This document shows, in pieces, positions 9,645 to 18,987 of a stretch of DNA of 64,000 bases. The translations under genes and the position numbers were made by a program. The stretch lies in the IMG/VR virus record IMGVR_UViG_2858842621_000004. The stretch is one strand, 5' to 3'. The stretch comes from a virus. The first letter of the stretch is position 1; the number at the start of each line of letters is the position of its first letter. The notes under the pieces are model-generated. The model worked only from the letters and a program-made list of their open reading frames with translations, ran no database searches and had not been told where the DNA came from.

Positions 9645-9932
9645 TTACGCATGGCTTGGCTCCTGCGGCGCGGCCGCGGCCAGCTCCGGCCAGAGACGCC
9701 CGTAGTCATTGGGCCGCAAGTCCTGGCGGCGGCATTCGCCATCGGTGATCAATTCAATGTCCGCAGCGATAAGGCCGGCGAGCTTATAGCCGTAAGCGAC
9801 CTGGCGGAGGTATCCCACCGACGTGCCACGTTGGCGACAGCGTGCCTGCGCTTCCAGCTTGGGGGTCTTCCTCAACCACTGGAGCAAAGGCTCCACTGGC
9901 ACTCTTGTTCGGGATAAGGGTTGTTGACTCAT
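9645..9932 (-). CDS. cro: Cro-like HTH regulator (YdaS family)
   Basis: GTSVGYLRQVAYG HTH and ITDGECRRQDLRP motif; divergent from repressor. Confidence 0.8.
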   Translation of the reverse strand: MSQQPLSRTRVPVEPLLQWLRKTPKLEAQARCRQRGTSVGYLRQVAYGYKLAGLIAADIELITDGECRRQDLRPNDYGRLWPELAAAAPQEPSHA

Positions 9933-9940
9933 CCTAAAAC

Positions 9941-10003
9941 ATTACCGCAGGGTAATTATTTTGACAAGAAAAATTTACCCCTGGGTTGTTTACCTGCGGG
10001 TAG
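9941..10003. promoter_or_regulatory. OR-like operators of prophage 1 (TACC-N4-GGTA x3) with a TTGACA hexamer
   Basis: ATTACCGCAGGGTAAT 9941, TTACCCCTGGGTTG 9975, TTACCTGCGGGTAG 9990; TTGACA at 9961. Confidence 0.75.
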
Positions 10004-10025
10004 CTGTCAGGCAACACTTCACACC

Positions 10026-10403
10026 ATGGAAATTGACGATATCTACGCAGTCCGCCTTCAGCGCTTTCGGACCCTGATGGACGACCGGTTCGGCGGCAAA
10101 CAAGCCGCGATCGCTACTGCGGTTGGCAAGCCAGCCAACTATGTTTCCCGCATCATCAGCGGGAATAAAAAGCTGGGCGAAGAAATCGTCCGGGAATTCG
10201 AGACATCCCTGGACCTTCCCGCGTATTGGTTTGACGGGCTAACCGATACAACGGCATGGCCCTTCCCTAGCGTCAGCCGAGCGGCGTATGAGTCGCTTAC
10301 GCCCGAACAACGCCGTGGCATCGAACAATGGGTTGCTAGGCAAGTGGAAGCATTCGGCGACACGCACACGCCGGGCGCGGGTAACTCCAAAAAGAGCGCC
10401 TAG
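10026..10403 (+). CDS. CI-like HTH repressor without an S24 peptidase domain
   Basis: HTH GKQAAIATAVGKPANYVSRII..., FETSLDLPAYWFD; short WPFP C-terminal domain. Confidence 0.8.
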   Translation: MEIDDIYAVRLQRFRTLMDDRFGGKQAAIATAVGKPANYVSRIISGNKKLGEEIVREFETSLDLPAYWFDGLTDTTAWPFPSVSRAAYESLTPEQRRGIEQWVARQVEAFGDTHTPGAGNSKKSA

Positions 10404-10431
10404 GCGTCGACCGACGGCTGCATCAACGACT

Positions 10432-10719
10432 TCAGTCTACGTAGATCGGTTCCCCTGCAAGGGTAGGCTCGCGCTGCTGCGCAGCCGCGTCCTGAATTGC
10501 GTACCGCAATTGAACGATCTCCCTGCGCGTCAGAAAATCTGGCATCCCAATCGTGGCCAACAGCGCCAACGGGCCGAGCACCACTCCCCATAAGAACCAG
10601 CACGCTCCGCATGCCCCTTTGGCATTGGCGATGTGATGCGCCAGGAATGCTGAAACGAACCAGGAGGCCACCAATAGGATGGCCCAGATCGAAGTAAGCA
10701 GAAACGCCAACACCGTCAT
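10432..10719 (-). CDS. Small membrane protein in immunity region
   Basis: Two hydrophobic helices, A..KG...WF.WG..LGP motif; AAGGAG RBS. Confidence 0.6.
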   Translation of the reverse strand: MTVLAFLLTSIWAILLVASWFVSAFLAHHIANAKGACGACWFLWGVVLGPLALLATIGMPDFLTRREIVQLRYAIQDAAAQQREPTLAGEPIYVD

Positions 10720-10834
10720 CTCACTCTCCTTGGAAGCTGAACCGCCAATGGGGAGCTAATCGTAACAGATTGATTCTTAAATCTCGTTCTATCTCCTAGA
10801 CGCGGAAAGGGTCCTACTTTCGCTTCCCGCCAAG

Positions 10835-10874
10835 ATTACCTACAGGTATTCCTATAATATTTACCTACAGGTAA
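10835..10874 (+). promoter_or_regulatory. OL/PL-like operators flanking a TATAAT box
   Basis: ATTACCTACAGGTAT 10835, TATAAT 10853, TTACCTACAGGTAA 10861; same consensus as OR. Confidence 0.8.
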
Positions 10875-10891
10875 TTTTTTAGGAGACCACC

Positions 10892-11239
10892 ATGGAAGTT
10901 ACCCAAACCGTCAGCGCATGGCTGACGCCCACCAGCCTGACCTCGCCCGACGAGATCACCGATCCGAACAAGGTCCGCCTCGGCGACCTGTCCTACACCA
11001 ACCTGGACATGACCGAGTGCGGCTACACGCTGATCGGCAAGGCCCGCATCACCCTGGCACTGCCTGACCGCGAACGACTGATCGATTCCAAGGTGGCGTC
11101 GATGCGAGCGGAAGTGAAGAAGATCCGCGCCGAGGCCGAAGCGAAGGCCTGCCACATCGAAAACCAGATCAGCAACCTGCTGGCGATCGAGCTCAGCCCG
11201 GCGCCGGCATCTGAATCTGACCGCACCGAGGGGAACTGA
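10892..11239 (+). CDS. Hypothetical phage protein
   Basis: First gene after PL, AGGAG RBS, coiled coil. Confidence 0.7.
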   Translation: MEVTQTVSAWLTPTSLTSPDEITDPNKVRLGDLSYTNLDMTECGYTLIGKARITLALPDRERLIDSKVASMRAEVKKIRAEAEAKACHIENQISNLLAIELSPAPASESDRTEGN

Positions 11240-11240
11240 C

Positions 11241-11618
11241 ATGTCGAACATGTCTATTCCTACCCCATGCGGCACGGCCGCGATCCTTCGCCCCTACAAC
11301 GACGAGGAACGCCGCGCAGAGCTGATGCAAGACCTTGGCGGCGACGTGCATTTGGCGCTGTGCCGCGATCAGTTGATCCACCGCGAATACGACTTCAGCC
11401 AGCGCGCCGCCGAAGCGCTCTACGCCGCGACCGAAGGCAATCAGCTGGCCGAGGACGCATTCGCACTGGTGGTGCGCTCGGCCGTGGCACGGGATCCGCT
11501 GGCGGTGGTGGGGCTTCTCTTCCGCCAGTGGCTTGACCTGGCGGTCCGGCAACTGACCGCGGATCTTGCGGACCGGTGCGAAGACGGCCAGCGCGTGACC
11601 TTCGGGGCCCGCCAATGA
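11241..11618 (+). CDS. Hypothetical phage protein
   Basis: Operonic, phage-like codon usage. Confidence 0.65.
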   Translation: MSNMSIPTPCGTAAILRPYNDEERRAELMQDLGGDVHLALCRDQLIHREYDFSQRAAEALYAATEGNQLAEDAFALVVRSAVARDPLAVVGLLFRQWLDLAVRQLTADLADRCEDGQRVTFGARQ

Positions 11619-11912
11619 CCGCCCTGCTCCTCTTCATCCTGGGTGGCCTGTGCGCCGCCTATCCCCTGGGCCTGCTCGGGGATGCCTGGATGGCCTACCG
11701 GCGGAGGTCTGCATGATCCGCCGGCTGCGCAACCTCTGGCACCGCGCCCGCGTTTCCGGCCGAGACCTGGACTTCGCCGGCGTCGCCGCGATCTTCGCCG
11801 GCGCGGTGGTGCTGCTGGCCAGCGGCATGGTCGGCCCGACGCGCGACGCCCACTCCCCCACTCCCACCGCCCATGACGGGCGCCCGACGGCATACGCCGC
11901 GAAGGACTGATC

Positions 11913-12890
11913 GTGAACGCTATTTCTGAACCTATCGCCCTGGATCGCACACGCTTCCTCGGCGGCACCGACATGGCCGCGCTGTACGGCGTCAGCAAGT
12001 GGAAGACTCCCCTGCAGGTGTGGGCCGAAAAGACCCGCCGTGATGCCTACCGCGAAGACGACCCGGCCAAGACGAAGGTGCTCAACCGCGGCAAGCGCCT
12101 TGAACCGGTCGTGGTGGCCATGCTGCGCGAGGACTACGGCCTGGACGTTGTCGCCGTGAACGAACGCTACACGCACCCCGACCACACCTTCCTGTCGGTC
12201 GAGATCGACTTCGAGTGGCGCGTCACCGAGCAGGCCCTGGCGGCATTCCCCTGGCTCGCTCCCCTTGAGCTGGGCTCGATCCAGAACGGCGAGGTCAAGA
12301 CCGTGCATCCGTTCGTCGCCCACGAGTGGGGCGACATGGGAACCGACGACGTGCCGATTCACTATGCGGCGCAGTCCATGACCGGCTTGGCCGTCACCGG
12401 CCGCGACGTGTGCCTCTACGCCACGCTGGTAGGCGTGGATGACCTGACCTTCTACGCGGTGCGCCGCGACCAGGAGACGATCGACGCGATGGTCGCCAAG
12501 GCCGTGGACTTCTGGACCAACCACGTCCTGACCGACATCCCACCCAATCCCGAAACGTTCGACGACCTGAAGTTTCTCTACGCCCGCGACAACGGCCAAG
12601 CGATCGAGGCAACCGACGAGATCCTGGCCCAGCTCGCCGAGTTTCGCGAGCTCAGCGACCAGGCCAAGCGCATCGAGGAACGCCGCGACGAGCTCAAGTT
12701 CGGCATCCAGACGTTTATGGAGCCCAACGCCATTCTGACGGCCAAGGGCGGGCCGGTGGCCACCTGGAAAAGCCAGTCCGCCAGCCGCCTGGACGGCAAG
12801 GCCCTGGCGCTGGCTCGCCCCGATATCGCCGCCGCCTACCGCACCACATCCGAAACCCGAGTCTTCCGCCTGAAAGGAGCGAAGAAATGA
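11913..12890 (+). CDS. YqaJ/lambda-exonuclease family protein
   Basis: RTRFLGGTD..A..GVSKWKTPLQVWAEK, GKRLEP, EVKT, YAAQ motifs. Confidence 0.9.
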   Translation: MNAISEPIALDRTRFLGGTDMAALYGVSKWKTPLQVWAEKTRRDAYREDDPAKTKVLNRGKRLEPVVVAMLREDYGLDVVAVNERYTHPDHTFLSVEIDFEWRVTEQALAAFPWLAPLELGSIQNGEVKTVHPFVAHEWGDMGTDDVPIHYAAQSMTGLAVTGRDVCLYATLVGVDDLTFYAVRRDQETIDAMVAKAVDFWTNHVLTDIPPNPETFDDLKFLYARDNGQAIEATDEILAQLAEFRELSDQAKRIEERRDELKFGIQTFMEPNAILTAKGGPVATWKSQSASRLDGKALALARPDIAAAYRTTSETRVFRLKGAKK

Positions 12891-13909
12891 GCGCATCCAA
12901 ATTGAAAGCCGTGGCCACAGGCCAAGCACAGTCCCAACAACTGGCCAGCATGAAACCGAAGGACCAGATCGCCCACCTGCTGGAAAAGCGCAAGGGCGAG
13001 ATCCAGAAGATGCTGCCCAAGCACCTTTCCGCTGATCGCCTGCTCAAGGTCGCGCAGATCGCCGCCACCACCACGCCGGCCCTGGCCGAATGCGACATCC
13101 CGTCGCTGGTGGGCGCCATCGGTCAGTGCGCGCAGATGGGATTGGAGCCCAATACCGTCCTCGGCCATGCCTACCTCGTCCCGTTCAACACCAAGCGCAA
13201 GGACGCCGGCGGCAATGAGCGCTGGGTGAAGTCGGTGCAGGTGATCGTTGGCTACAAGGGCCTGATCGACCTGGCCCGCCGCTCCGGCCAGATCGTGAGC
13301 ATCGCCGCCCACGAAGTCTGCGAGAACGACACCTTCGACCTGGTGTATGGCCTGGACGAGAAACTGGAGCACCGGCCGGCCATGGGCGAACGTGGCGCCG
13401 TCACCGGCTTCTATGCCGTCGCGAAGCTCGTAGGCGGCGGCCATGCCTTCGAATTCATGAGCCTGTACCTGATTGACCAGATCAAAGCGGCAACGCAAAG
13501 CAAGGGCGCCTACGGCCCCTGGAAGGACAACTTCGTGGAGATGGGCCGCAAGACCGTGATTCGCCGGCTGGCCAAGTACCTGCCGCTGTCCATCGAATTC
13601 CAGAAGGCGACGGCCCTCGACGAAATGGCCAGCAGCGGCCGCGACCAGCACCTGGACGACAACACGCTCGACGGCGATTTCATCTTCGCCCAACCCGAGC
13701 CTGGGGCCGACCAGGCAGAGGCAGGCGATGGCGCGCCGCAACAGCTTGCCTATGACCCGGCGCCCGTGCTGGCGCAGATCGCCAGCGCCACGAACATCGA
13801 CGCCCTGGACCTCGTCGCCGACGGTTTCCGCGACGCGCCGGACGAGCACTACGACGCGCTCAAGAAGGCCTACGACGCCCGCCGAGCGGCGCTGGATCCG
13901 GCCGCTTAG
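12887..13909 (+). CDS. recT: RecT-family single-strand annealing recombinase
   Basis: AQMGLEP...GHAYLVPF, IVGYKGLIDLARRSGQI, GPWKDNFVEMGRKTVIRRLAKYLPLS. Confidence 0.95.
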   Translation: MSASKLKAVATGQAQSQQLASMKPKDQIAHLLEKRKGEIQKMLPKHLSADRLLKVAQIAATTTPALAECDIPSLVGAIGQCAQMGLEPNTVLGHAYLVPFNTKRKDAGGNERWVKSVQVIVGYKGLIDLARRSGQIVSIAAHEVCENDTFDLVYGLDEKLEHRPAMGERGAVTGFYAVAKLVGGGHAFEFMSLYLIDQIKAATQSKGAYGPWKDNFVEMGRKTVIRRLAKYLPLSIEFQKATALDEMASSGRDQHLDDNTLDGDFIFAQPEPGADQAEAGDGAPQQLAYDPAPVLAQIASATNIDALDLVADGFRDAPDEHYDALKKAYDARRAALDPAA

Positions 13910-14002
13910 CCGTTCTCCCTGGGCGGCGCCTCACCAAATGGAGGCACCCCCTGGCGCCGCCCGCCCCACTACCCAGCGATCTCAAAACCCATAGGTGAAC
14001 AC

Positions 14003-14368
14003 ATGGGAGCATTTTGCGTATACGGAATGACCGAGCAGCTCGCGAAGAAAGCCGCCGAGCGGGCTTGGCAAAAATATAAGGAATCCATGACCGCGGATGT
14101 TCGCGCGTGCCTGCGGCCATCCGACCAGGCCGACTGGATCAAGGTCAAGACGGAGTACCACCTGGCCAAGGGCAATCCTGTCCAGCTATCGGCACCGTTC
14201 GATGCACCACAGTTCGCCCGCGAGTTCATCAAGCTCGCCGCGGCCACAGGCCGAACCTCACGGCTGTGCATCATGCAGCGCGGCCCGAAGCTCGATAAGC
14301 ACGGAGCGCCCCGAATCAGCAAGGCCACCAAGCGCCCGATGATCACCTGGGTTCCCTATCCGCGATAG
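14003..14368 (+). CDS. Hypothetical phage protein
   Basis: Operonic ORF with RBS. Confidence 0.65.
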   Translation: MGAFCVYGMTEQLAKKAAERAWQKYKESMTADVRACLRPSDQADWIKVKTEYHLAKGNPVQLSAPFDAPQFAREFIKLAAATGRTSRLCIMQRGPKLDKHGAPRISKATKRPMITWVPYPR

Positions 14369-14405
14369 CGCACACGACGTATCACCTATCCCTATCGGAG
14401 CCTAC

Positions 14406-15194
14406 ATGGCCAAGAAATCCAAAGACGTGTACGGCGCGGACGGCCAGAGCAATCTGCTCAACTTCGACCCCGCCAAGCTGACTCTCGTCACAGACGAATC
14501 CAGCCCCCTATATGACAAGCGCGTGCATCTGCCCGTGAACGAGGCGCTGGCGCGGAACATCGACTATCAGGGAGTGCTGGAGCCCGTGGCGGTTTCCAAG
14601 AACCCCGAGACGGGCGACACCGAGGTCGTGTTCGGCCGGCAGCGCGTGAAGGCCGCCGTGCTCGCCAACCAGTGGCGTCGAGAACGCGGTGTGCCGGAAC
14701 GACTGATTCCCGGCATCGTCTACACGGGCAAGCGCGAGAACGCCCTGGACGCGATCGTCAGCGAGAACGAAGCCCGCACCGCTGATACGCCTCTGGGCCG
14801 CGCCGAGAAGATGCGCCAACACCTTGCCCTGGGCAAAGGTGAAGACCAGATTGCGGTCATCTACAACTGCACGATCGCCACGGTCCGCGACACGCTGGCG
14901 CTGCTGGATAGCCCCAAGGCCGTGCAGAACGCCGTCGAGGCAGGTCTGATCACCCTGACCCATGCCAAGGCACTGGTGAAGCTCAAACCTGATGAACAGC
15001 GCGCCAAGGTGGCCGAGTTGGTCGCGGCCGGCAAGAACGCCACGCCCCACCAGCGAAGCCGCAAGCAGGCCGCAGTCATGGGCGAGCGCCCCCGCGTAAG
15101 GTCCCGCAAGCAGATCCAGGCCGCTTTGGAAACCGCGCAAGGCGACTATGCCGCAGCCCTGCGCTGGGTGCTGGGAGAGGAAGACGGCGCATGA
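14406..15194 (+). CDS. ParB/Spo0J-like protein
   Basis: GVLEPV..., VVFGRQRVKAA, SENEAR, HTH. Confidence 0.8.
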   Translation: MAKKSKDVYGADGQSNLLNFDPAKLTLVTDESSPLYDKRVHLPVNEALARNIDYQGVLEPVAVSKNPETGDTEVVFGRQRVKAAVLANQWRRERGVPERLIPGIVYTGKRENALDAIVSENEARTADTPLGRAEKMRQHLALGKGEDQIAVIYNCTIATVRDTLALLDSPKAVQNAVEAGLITLTHAKALVKLKPDEQRAKVAELVAAGKNATPHQRSRKQAAVMGERPRVRSRKQIQAALETAQGDYAAALRWVLGEEDGA

Positions 15195-15273
15195 ATGCTT
15201 CCAAGGCGACGAGCCCGAACAGCGAAATCCAATCCCGACAGGGCAATGGGAGCGAAGAATGATAGCTAGAAAG

Positions 15274-15906
15274 CTAGTCGAGATTTCCGCTCAACACTCG
15301 GGCCATCCAGTCCTCGCACTGCCGTTTCAGCGCCTCCACATCGGCAATGCCGGACAGCAACACATCAGAGGAGGCGCCGTTGACAATCATCATCGCCAAC
15401 CCCGACTGTGCCTGACGCGCAGCCCTAACCGCAGCCGATCGTTCGGCCTTCTGCGCCATACCTTCGAAATTCGCGCACATGGATGCGAGGAGCGACACGA
15501 TCGATCCCCCAAATACTCCATCGGCTCTGTCTTGCAAGGCGATCAAGCGCGTGTGCAAGAGCGAAAACTCCGAACTCGAAGGCCTGTCTCCGGCCTCCCA
15601 TTGCTTGAGAAGCGCCTGCAACTGACCGCAAATCTGGTAGCACGTGTGAGCCACGGCCCAGTTTCGCTTCACAACAGCAGCCTTGTCGTCCTTTCGTCGC
15701 TCGAAGTTCTGCCAAAGAGGAACGGCTACGGCAAACATCGCCGCCCCCACAGTGCCGAACGCCGTCATCAAATCCCACCACTTAGCTTCGGCCGACATGT
15801 CAACTTTCGTGGCGAGAGCGAACCCCAAAGCCAAGCCAATGAGGGTAAGCACTGCGCCGGCAATCAAATAAAGCGCCTTCATGCTCGTCTCCATATTTGG
15901 CCGCAA
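15274..15906 (-). CDS. Hypothetical membrane protein (accessory, antisense to operon)
   Basis: Two N-terminal TM segments, TAFGTVGAA. Confidence 0.55.
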   Translation of the reverse strand: MRPNMETSMKALYLIAGAVLTLIGLALGFALATKVDMSAEAKWWDLMTAFGTVGAAMFAVAVPLWQNFERRKDDKAAVVKRNWAVAHTCYQICGQLQALLKQWEAGDRPSSSEFSLLHTRLIALQDRADGVFGGSIVSLLASMCANFEGMAQKAERSAAVRAARQAQSGLAMMIVNGASSDVLLSGIADVEALKRQCEDWMARVLSGNLD

Positions 15907-16003
15907 TCGTATCCCAGCGGCTAAGGAGTGTCAGCATGAACGACCGTCAAAGCAACGAACACGTCCAAGCGGGAATCCTGCTGCTCGACTACCTGGAGGT
16001 TAG

Positions 16004-16234
16004 ATGCTCACACTCACAAATGAAGAGCTGATCGAACTGACCGGGAAGGCCAGAAAGGCTGGCCAGATCGAAGCCCTCAGATTCCTCACTATCCCGTTCA
16101 AGATTCGCCCGGATGGCACCCCTGTGGTCCTTCGGGCCGCTATGGAGGCAGCACTAGGCCATGCGCCCAAGAACCAAGGATCGACACCTCCCCGCGTGCG
16201 TGTACCAGAAGCACGGCGCATACTGGTACGTTAA
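16004..16234 (+). CDS. Excisionase-like protein (DUF4224)
   Basis: LTNEELIELTG...Q...L....IPF..RPDG.PVV; directly upstream of integrase. Confidence 0.75.
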   Translation: MLTLTNEELIELTGKARKAGQIEALRFLTIPFKIRPDGTPVVLRAAMEAALGHAPKNQGSTPPRVRVPEARRILVR

Positions 16235-17129
16235 GGGCGGGAAGTGGCGCAAGATCGGCGCCGACCTGCACAGCGCGTTGACCGAATATGCACGTATCGT
16301 CTCCGCCCCAAAGGACGGCATGCCGGCATTGATCGATGATGCCCTTCCGCTCCTGACAAAAGACGTAGCCGTCTCGACTCGCAAGCAATACGAATACTGC
16401 GCAGCTCAGCTCAAAGAGGCTTTCGTCGACTTCTATCCGAACCAGGTGCGCCACGGCGACGTGGTGGAACTGCTTGACGGCTACTCTGATCGTCGAGCCC
16501 TGGCCAACCGAATGCTGACCGTACTGAAGCTGGTCTTTCAATGGGCCTTGGACCGCGGCCGAGTAGATGCGAATCCATGCGTCAGCGTGAAGCGCTTCGT
16601 CCAGAAGCCGCGAGACCGGCTGATCACGCCCAAGGAATACGCAGCCATCTACGAAGGCTGCCCGCCTTGGCTGCAATGCGTCATGGATCTTTGCTACCTG
16701 ACCGGCCAGCGCATCGGCGACGTGCTGAAAATCGAAGACAGCCACGTTCGCGACGAGGGGTTGTACTTCGAACAGCAGAAGACGAGAAAGCGCCTGGTGG
16801 TCGCGTGGACGCCGGAATTGCGCGCTGCGGTGGAGCGTGCTCAGGAGCTGCGCGTTGCCCCGACCAGAACGCCGTACCTTCTCGGTGGCCGCGGAGGCAA
16901 CCTCCGGCTCCATTCCAACGTCTGGCGCATCTTCAAGGACGCTGCGGTCAAGGCCAACGTCCCCGACGTGACCCTGCACGACTTGCGGGCAATGGCGGGC
17001 ACGGATGCTGAATCCCAAGGTATCGACCCGAGCGCCCTGCTCGGCCACTCGGATCCCCGAACGACCCGGATCTACCTGCGCGACAAGCGCCCTAAGCTTG
17101 TGAAAGGACCGACGCGAAAGGCTGTATAA
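16161..17129 (+). CDS. int: Tyrosine integrase
   Basis: LTGQRIGD, QQKT, HDLRA, LLGH...T.IY catalytic motifs. Confidence 0.95.
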   Translation: MRPRTKDRHLPACVYQKHGAYWYVKGGKWRKIGADLHSALTEYARIVSAPKDGMPALIDDALPLLTKDVAVSTRKQYEYCAAQLKEAFVDFYPNQVRHGDVVELLDGYSDRRALANRMLTVLKLVFQWALDRGRVDANPCVSVKRFVQKPRDRLITPKEYAAIYEGCPPWLQCVMDLCYLTGQRIGDVLKIEDSHVRDEGLYFEQQKTRKRLVVAWTPELRAAVERAQELRVAPTRTPYLLGGRGGNLRLHSNVWRIFKDAAVKANVPDVTLHDLRAMAGTDAESQGIDPSALLGHSDPRTTRIYLRDKRPKLVKGPTRKAV

Positions 17130-17213
17130 GCACACAGTCCAGGGCGTCGAGTTTTAGACATCTAATTGACGCCCGAGCGCAAAGCCTTTGTTTATGTGGT
17201 TCTCCGGCCTATA

Positions 17214-17297
17214 GATGTATTCCGTCATGCCCTGCCCCGCCTGACGCTGCAAATATCCCGACACTGCCGTTCTCCGCTCGCGATGAATGAGGGTCAC
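17214..17297 (-). pseudogene. 5' fragment of a Flp/Tad-type prepilin gene interrupted at the prophage junction
   Basis: (V)TLIHRERRTAVSGYLQRQAGQGMTEYI, then the expected hydrophobic helix is absent. Confidence 0.6.
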
Positions 17298-17681
17298 AGT
17301 GTCGAGGCTGCCGCAGGGCGCCACAATTCGCGGATACCGAGCTGGATCAAAACATCGCACCATCCGGCCGAGTCGACATCGGCCCAGGACAACGCCCAAG
17401 AAAATGTTGTAACCCCTTAATTTCCATCGGGTTTTCCCTATTGCCCAGGCCCCAGGGCGGCAGTAGATTGAAGTTGCCGGGCTGTCTGACACCCATCGCG
17501 TGCGAAGCCGGGCAGGAGCGCCTCAGACTCATCGCGAGCTGGGGCGCTCTTCCATTCCACGGTCCGCAAACAGGGACCCGGCGCGCCGGCGGCATTACAA
17601 AATCTATACACAGTCGCCCAATCCCCTCACAGGGCCATGGCTAGCATTGCGTCTTTCGTTGCCCGATTCGATTGACGACCT

Positions 17682-18860
17682 ATGCTTGCCTACGCCCCAC
17701 AGCCCAGGGCCTCGCGCCCCGTGCAGGGCGCCGCCGTCCACAATCCCGCCATCGACGCCCTGCGTGGCCTGGCGATCCTGTGCGTCGTGCTGCTGCACGT
17801 GCAGATCCACATCCCGCAAGAACAGAGCCTGCTGGGAAAAGTGCTGCCGCCCGCCCTCTTCAACCTCGTCTTTCGCAGCGGCTACTACGGCGTCATCATT
17901 TTTTTCGTGATCTCGGGCTTTCTCATCACGCGCGCAGCCCTCGAGCGCTGGGGCAGCCTGGAAGCCGTCCCCTGGAAACCGTTCCTGCGACGCCGGATCG
18001 CCCGCATCTACCCCTGCCTGGCTTTGCTGGTATTGATACTGGCCGGCCTGCACTGGGCCGAGGTCCCCGGCTTCGTCGTCGACAACACCAGCCTCGCCCG
18101 GGCTGCGGCCAGCGCGCTGGCGCTGCATCTGAATTGGCTGGAAGCCCAGGTCGGCTACCTGCCCGCGGCCTGGAACGTGTTGTGGTCGCTGTCCATCGAA
18201 GAGGCGTTCTATCTGGCGTTTCCGCTGATCTGCATGCTGGCGCTGGCGGCGGGCCGGCGCGCACTGATCGTGGCGCTGCTGCTGTTCGTGGGGCTGGGTC
18301 CCTTCGCCCGGGCTGCCTTCAGCGCCAACGAAATCTGGGCCGACCACGCCTACCTGTCCGGCATGGACGGCATCGCCATCGGCTGCCTCGCGGCCTTGTA
18401 CGCCGCCTGCCCCGCCCGCTGCGCGCGGCACGGCCGCAGGCTGCTGCTTGCCGGCACCGCGCTGTTCTCACTGGTGTTCCTGTTGCGCAAGACCACCCAC
18501 ATGCTGGGCCTGACGGGCCTGGGGCTGAACGTCACGCTGCTAGAGATCGGCGTGGCCTGCCTGCTGATAGGCTGGAGCCGTCCGCGGCGTGCGCCACGTC
18601 CCAACGCCATCGCCGCCGCGCTGCGCTGGGCCGGGCAAAACAGTTACGAGATCTACCTCACCCACATGTTCCCCGTGCTGCTGCTGGCGGCCGCATCGTG
18701 CCGCAATTCCGGCGGCGTCGTGTCGACCTGGTGGCGGGCGGGCGCGCTGACCGCGGCCAGCGTGCTGGCGATCCTGCTGTCGGCCATGCTGGGGGGATTG
18801 GTGGCGCGCTATTATTCGACGCCCATGCGCCACTGGCTGACCCGGCCCGCCCCACGATGA
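17682..18860 (+). CDS. Acyltransferase family 3 (O-acyltransferase)
   Basis: IDALRGLAI, FFVISGFLIT, RRIARIYP, WSLSIEEAFY, SYEIYLTH. Confidence 0.9.
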   Translation: MLAYAPQPRASRPVQGAAVHNPAIDALRGLAILCVVLLHVQIHIPQEQSLLGKVLPPALFNLVFRSGYYGVIIFFVISGFLITRAALERWGSLEAVPWKPFLRRRIARIYPCLALLVLILAGLHWAEVPGFVVDNTSLARAAASALALHLNWLEAQVGYLPAAWNVLWSLSIEEAFYLAFPLICMLALAAGRRALIVALLLFVGLGPFARAAFSANEIWADHAYLSGMDGIAIGCLAALYAACPARCARHGRRLLLAGTALFSLVFLLRKTTHMLGLTGLGLNVTLLEIGVACLLIGWSRPRRAPRPNAIAAALRWAGQNSYEIYLTHMFPVLLLAAASCRNSGGVVSTWWRAGALTAASVLAILLSAMLGGLVARYYSTPMRHWLTRPAPR

Positions 18861-18987
18861 AGCGGCAGACGGCTGCTCTGTTCCACGCGGTGCGTCGGGC
18901 GCCGCTGGCACCCATCCGGCAAGGCCACCGTGAAAAAGCATACGATCGGTTATCCTCCGCAGCAAAAACCACGAGGATGAATCGAAC

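Larger units (their letters stand above)
1..17214. mobile_element. Prophage 1 (lambdoid, right part; continues left of window)
   Basis: Ordered Q-like/replication/cro-cI/YqaJ-RecT/xis-int modules; right junction inferred at ~17214, where a pilin-like frame breaks. Confidence 0.9.
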
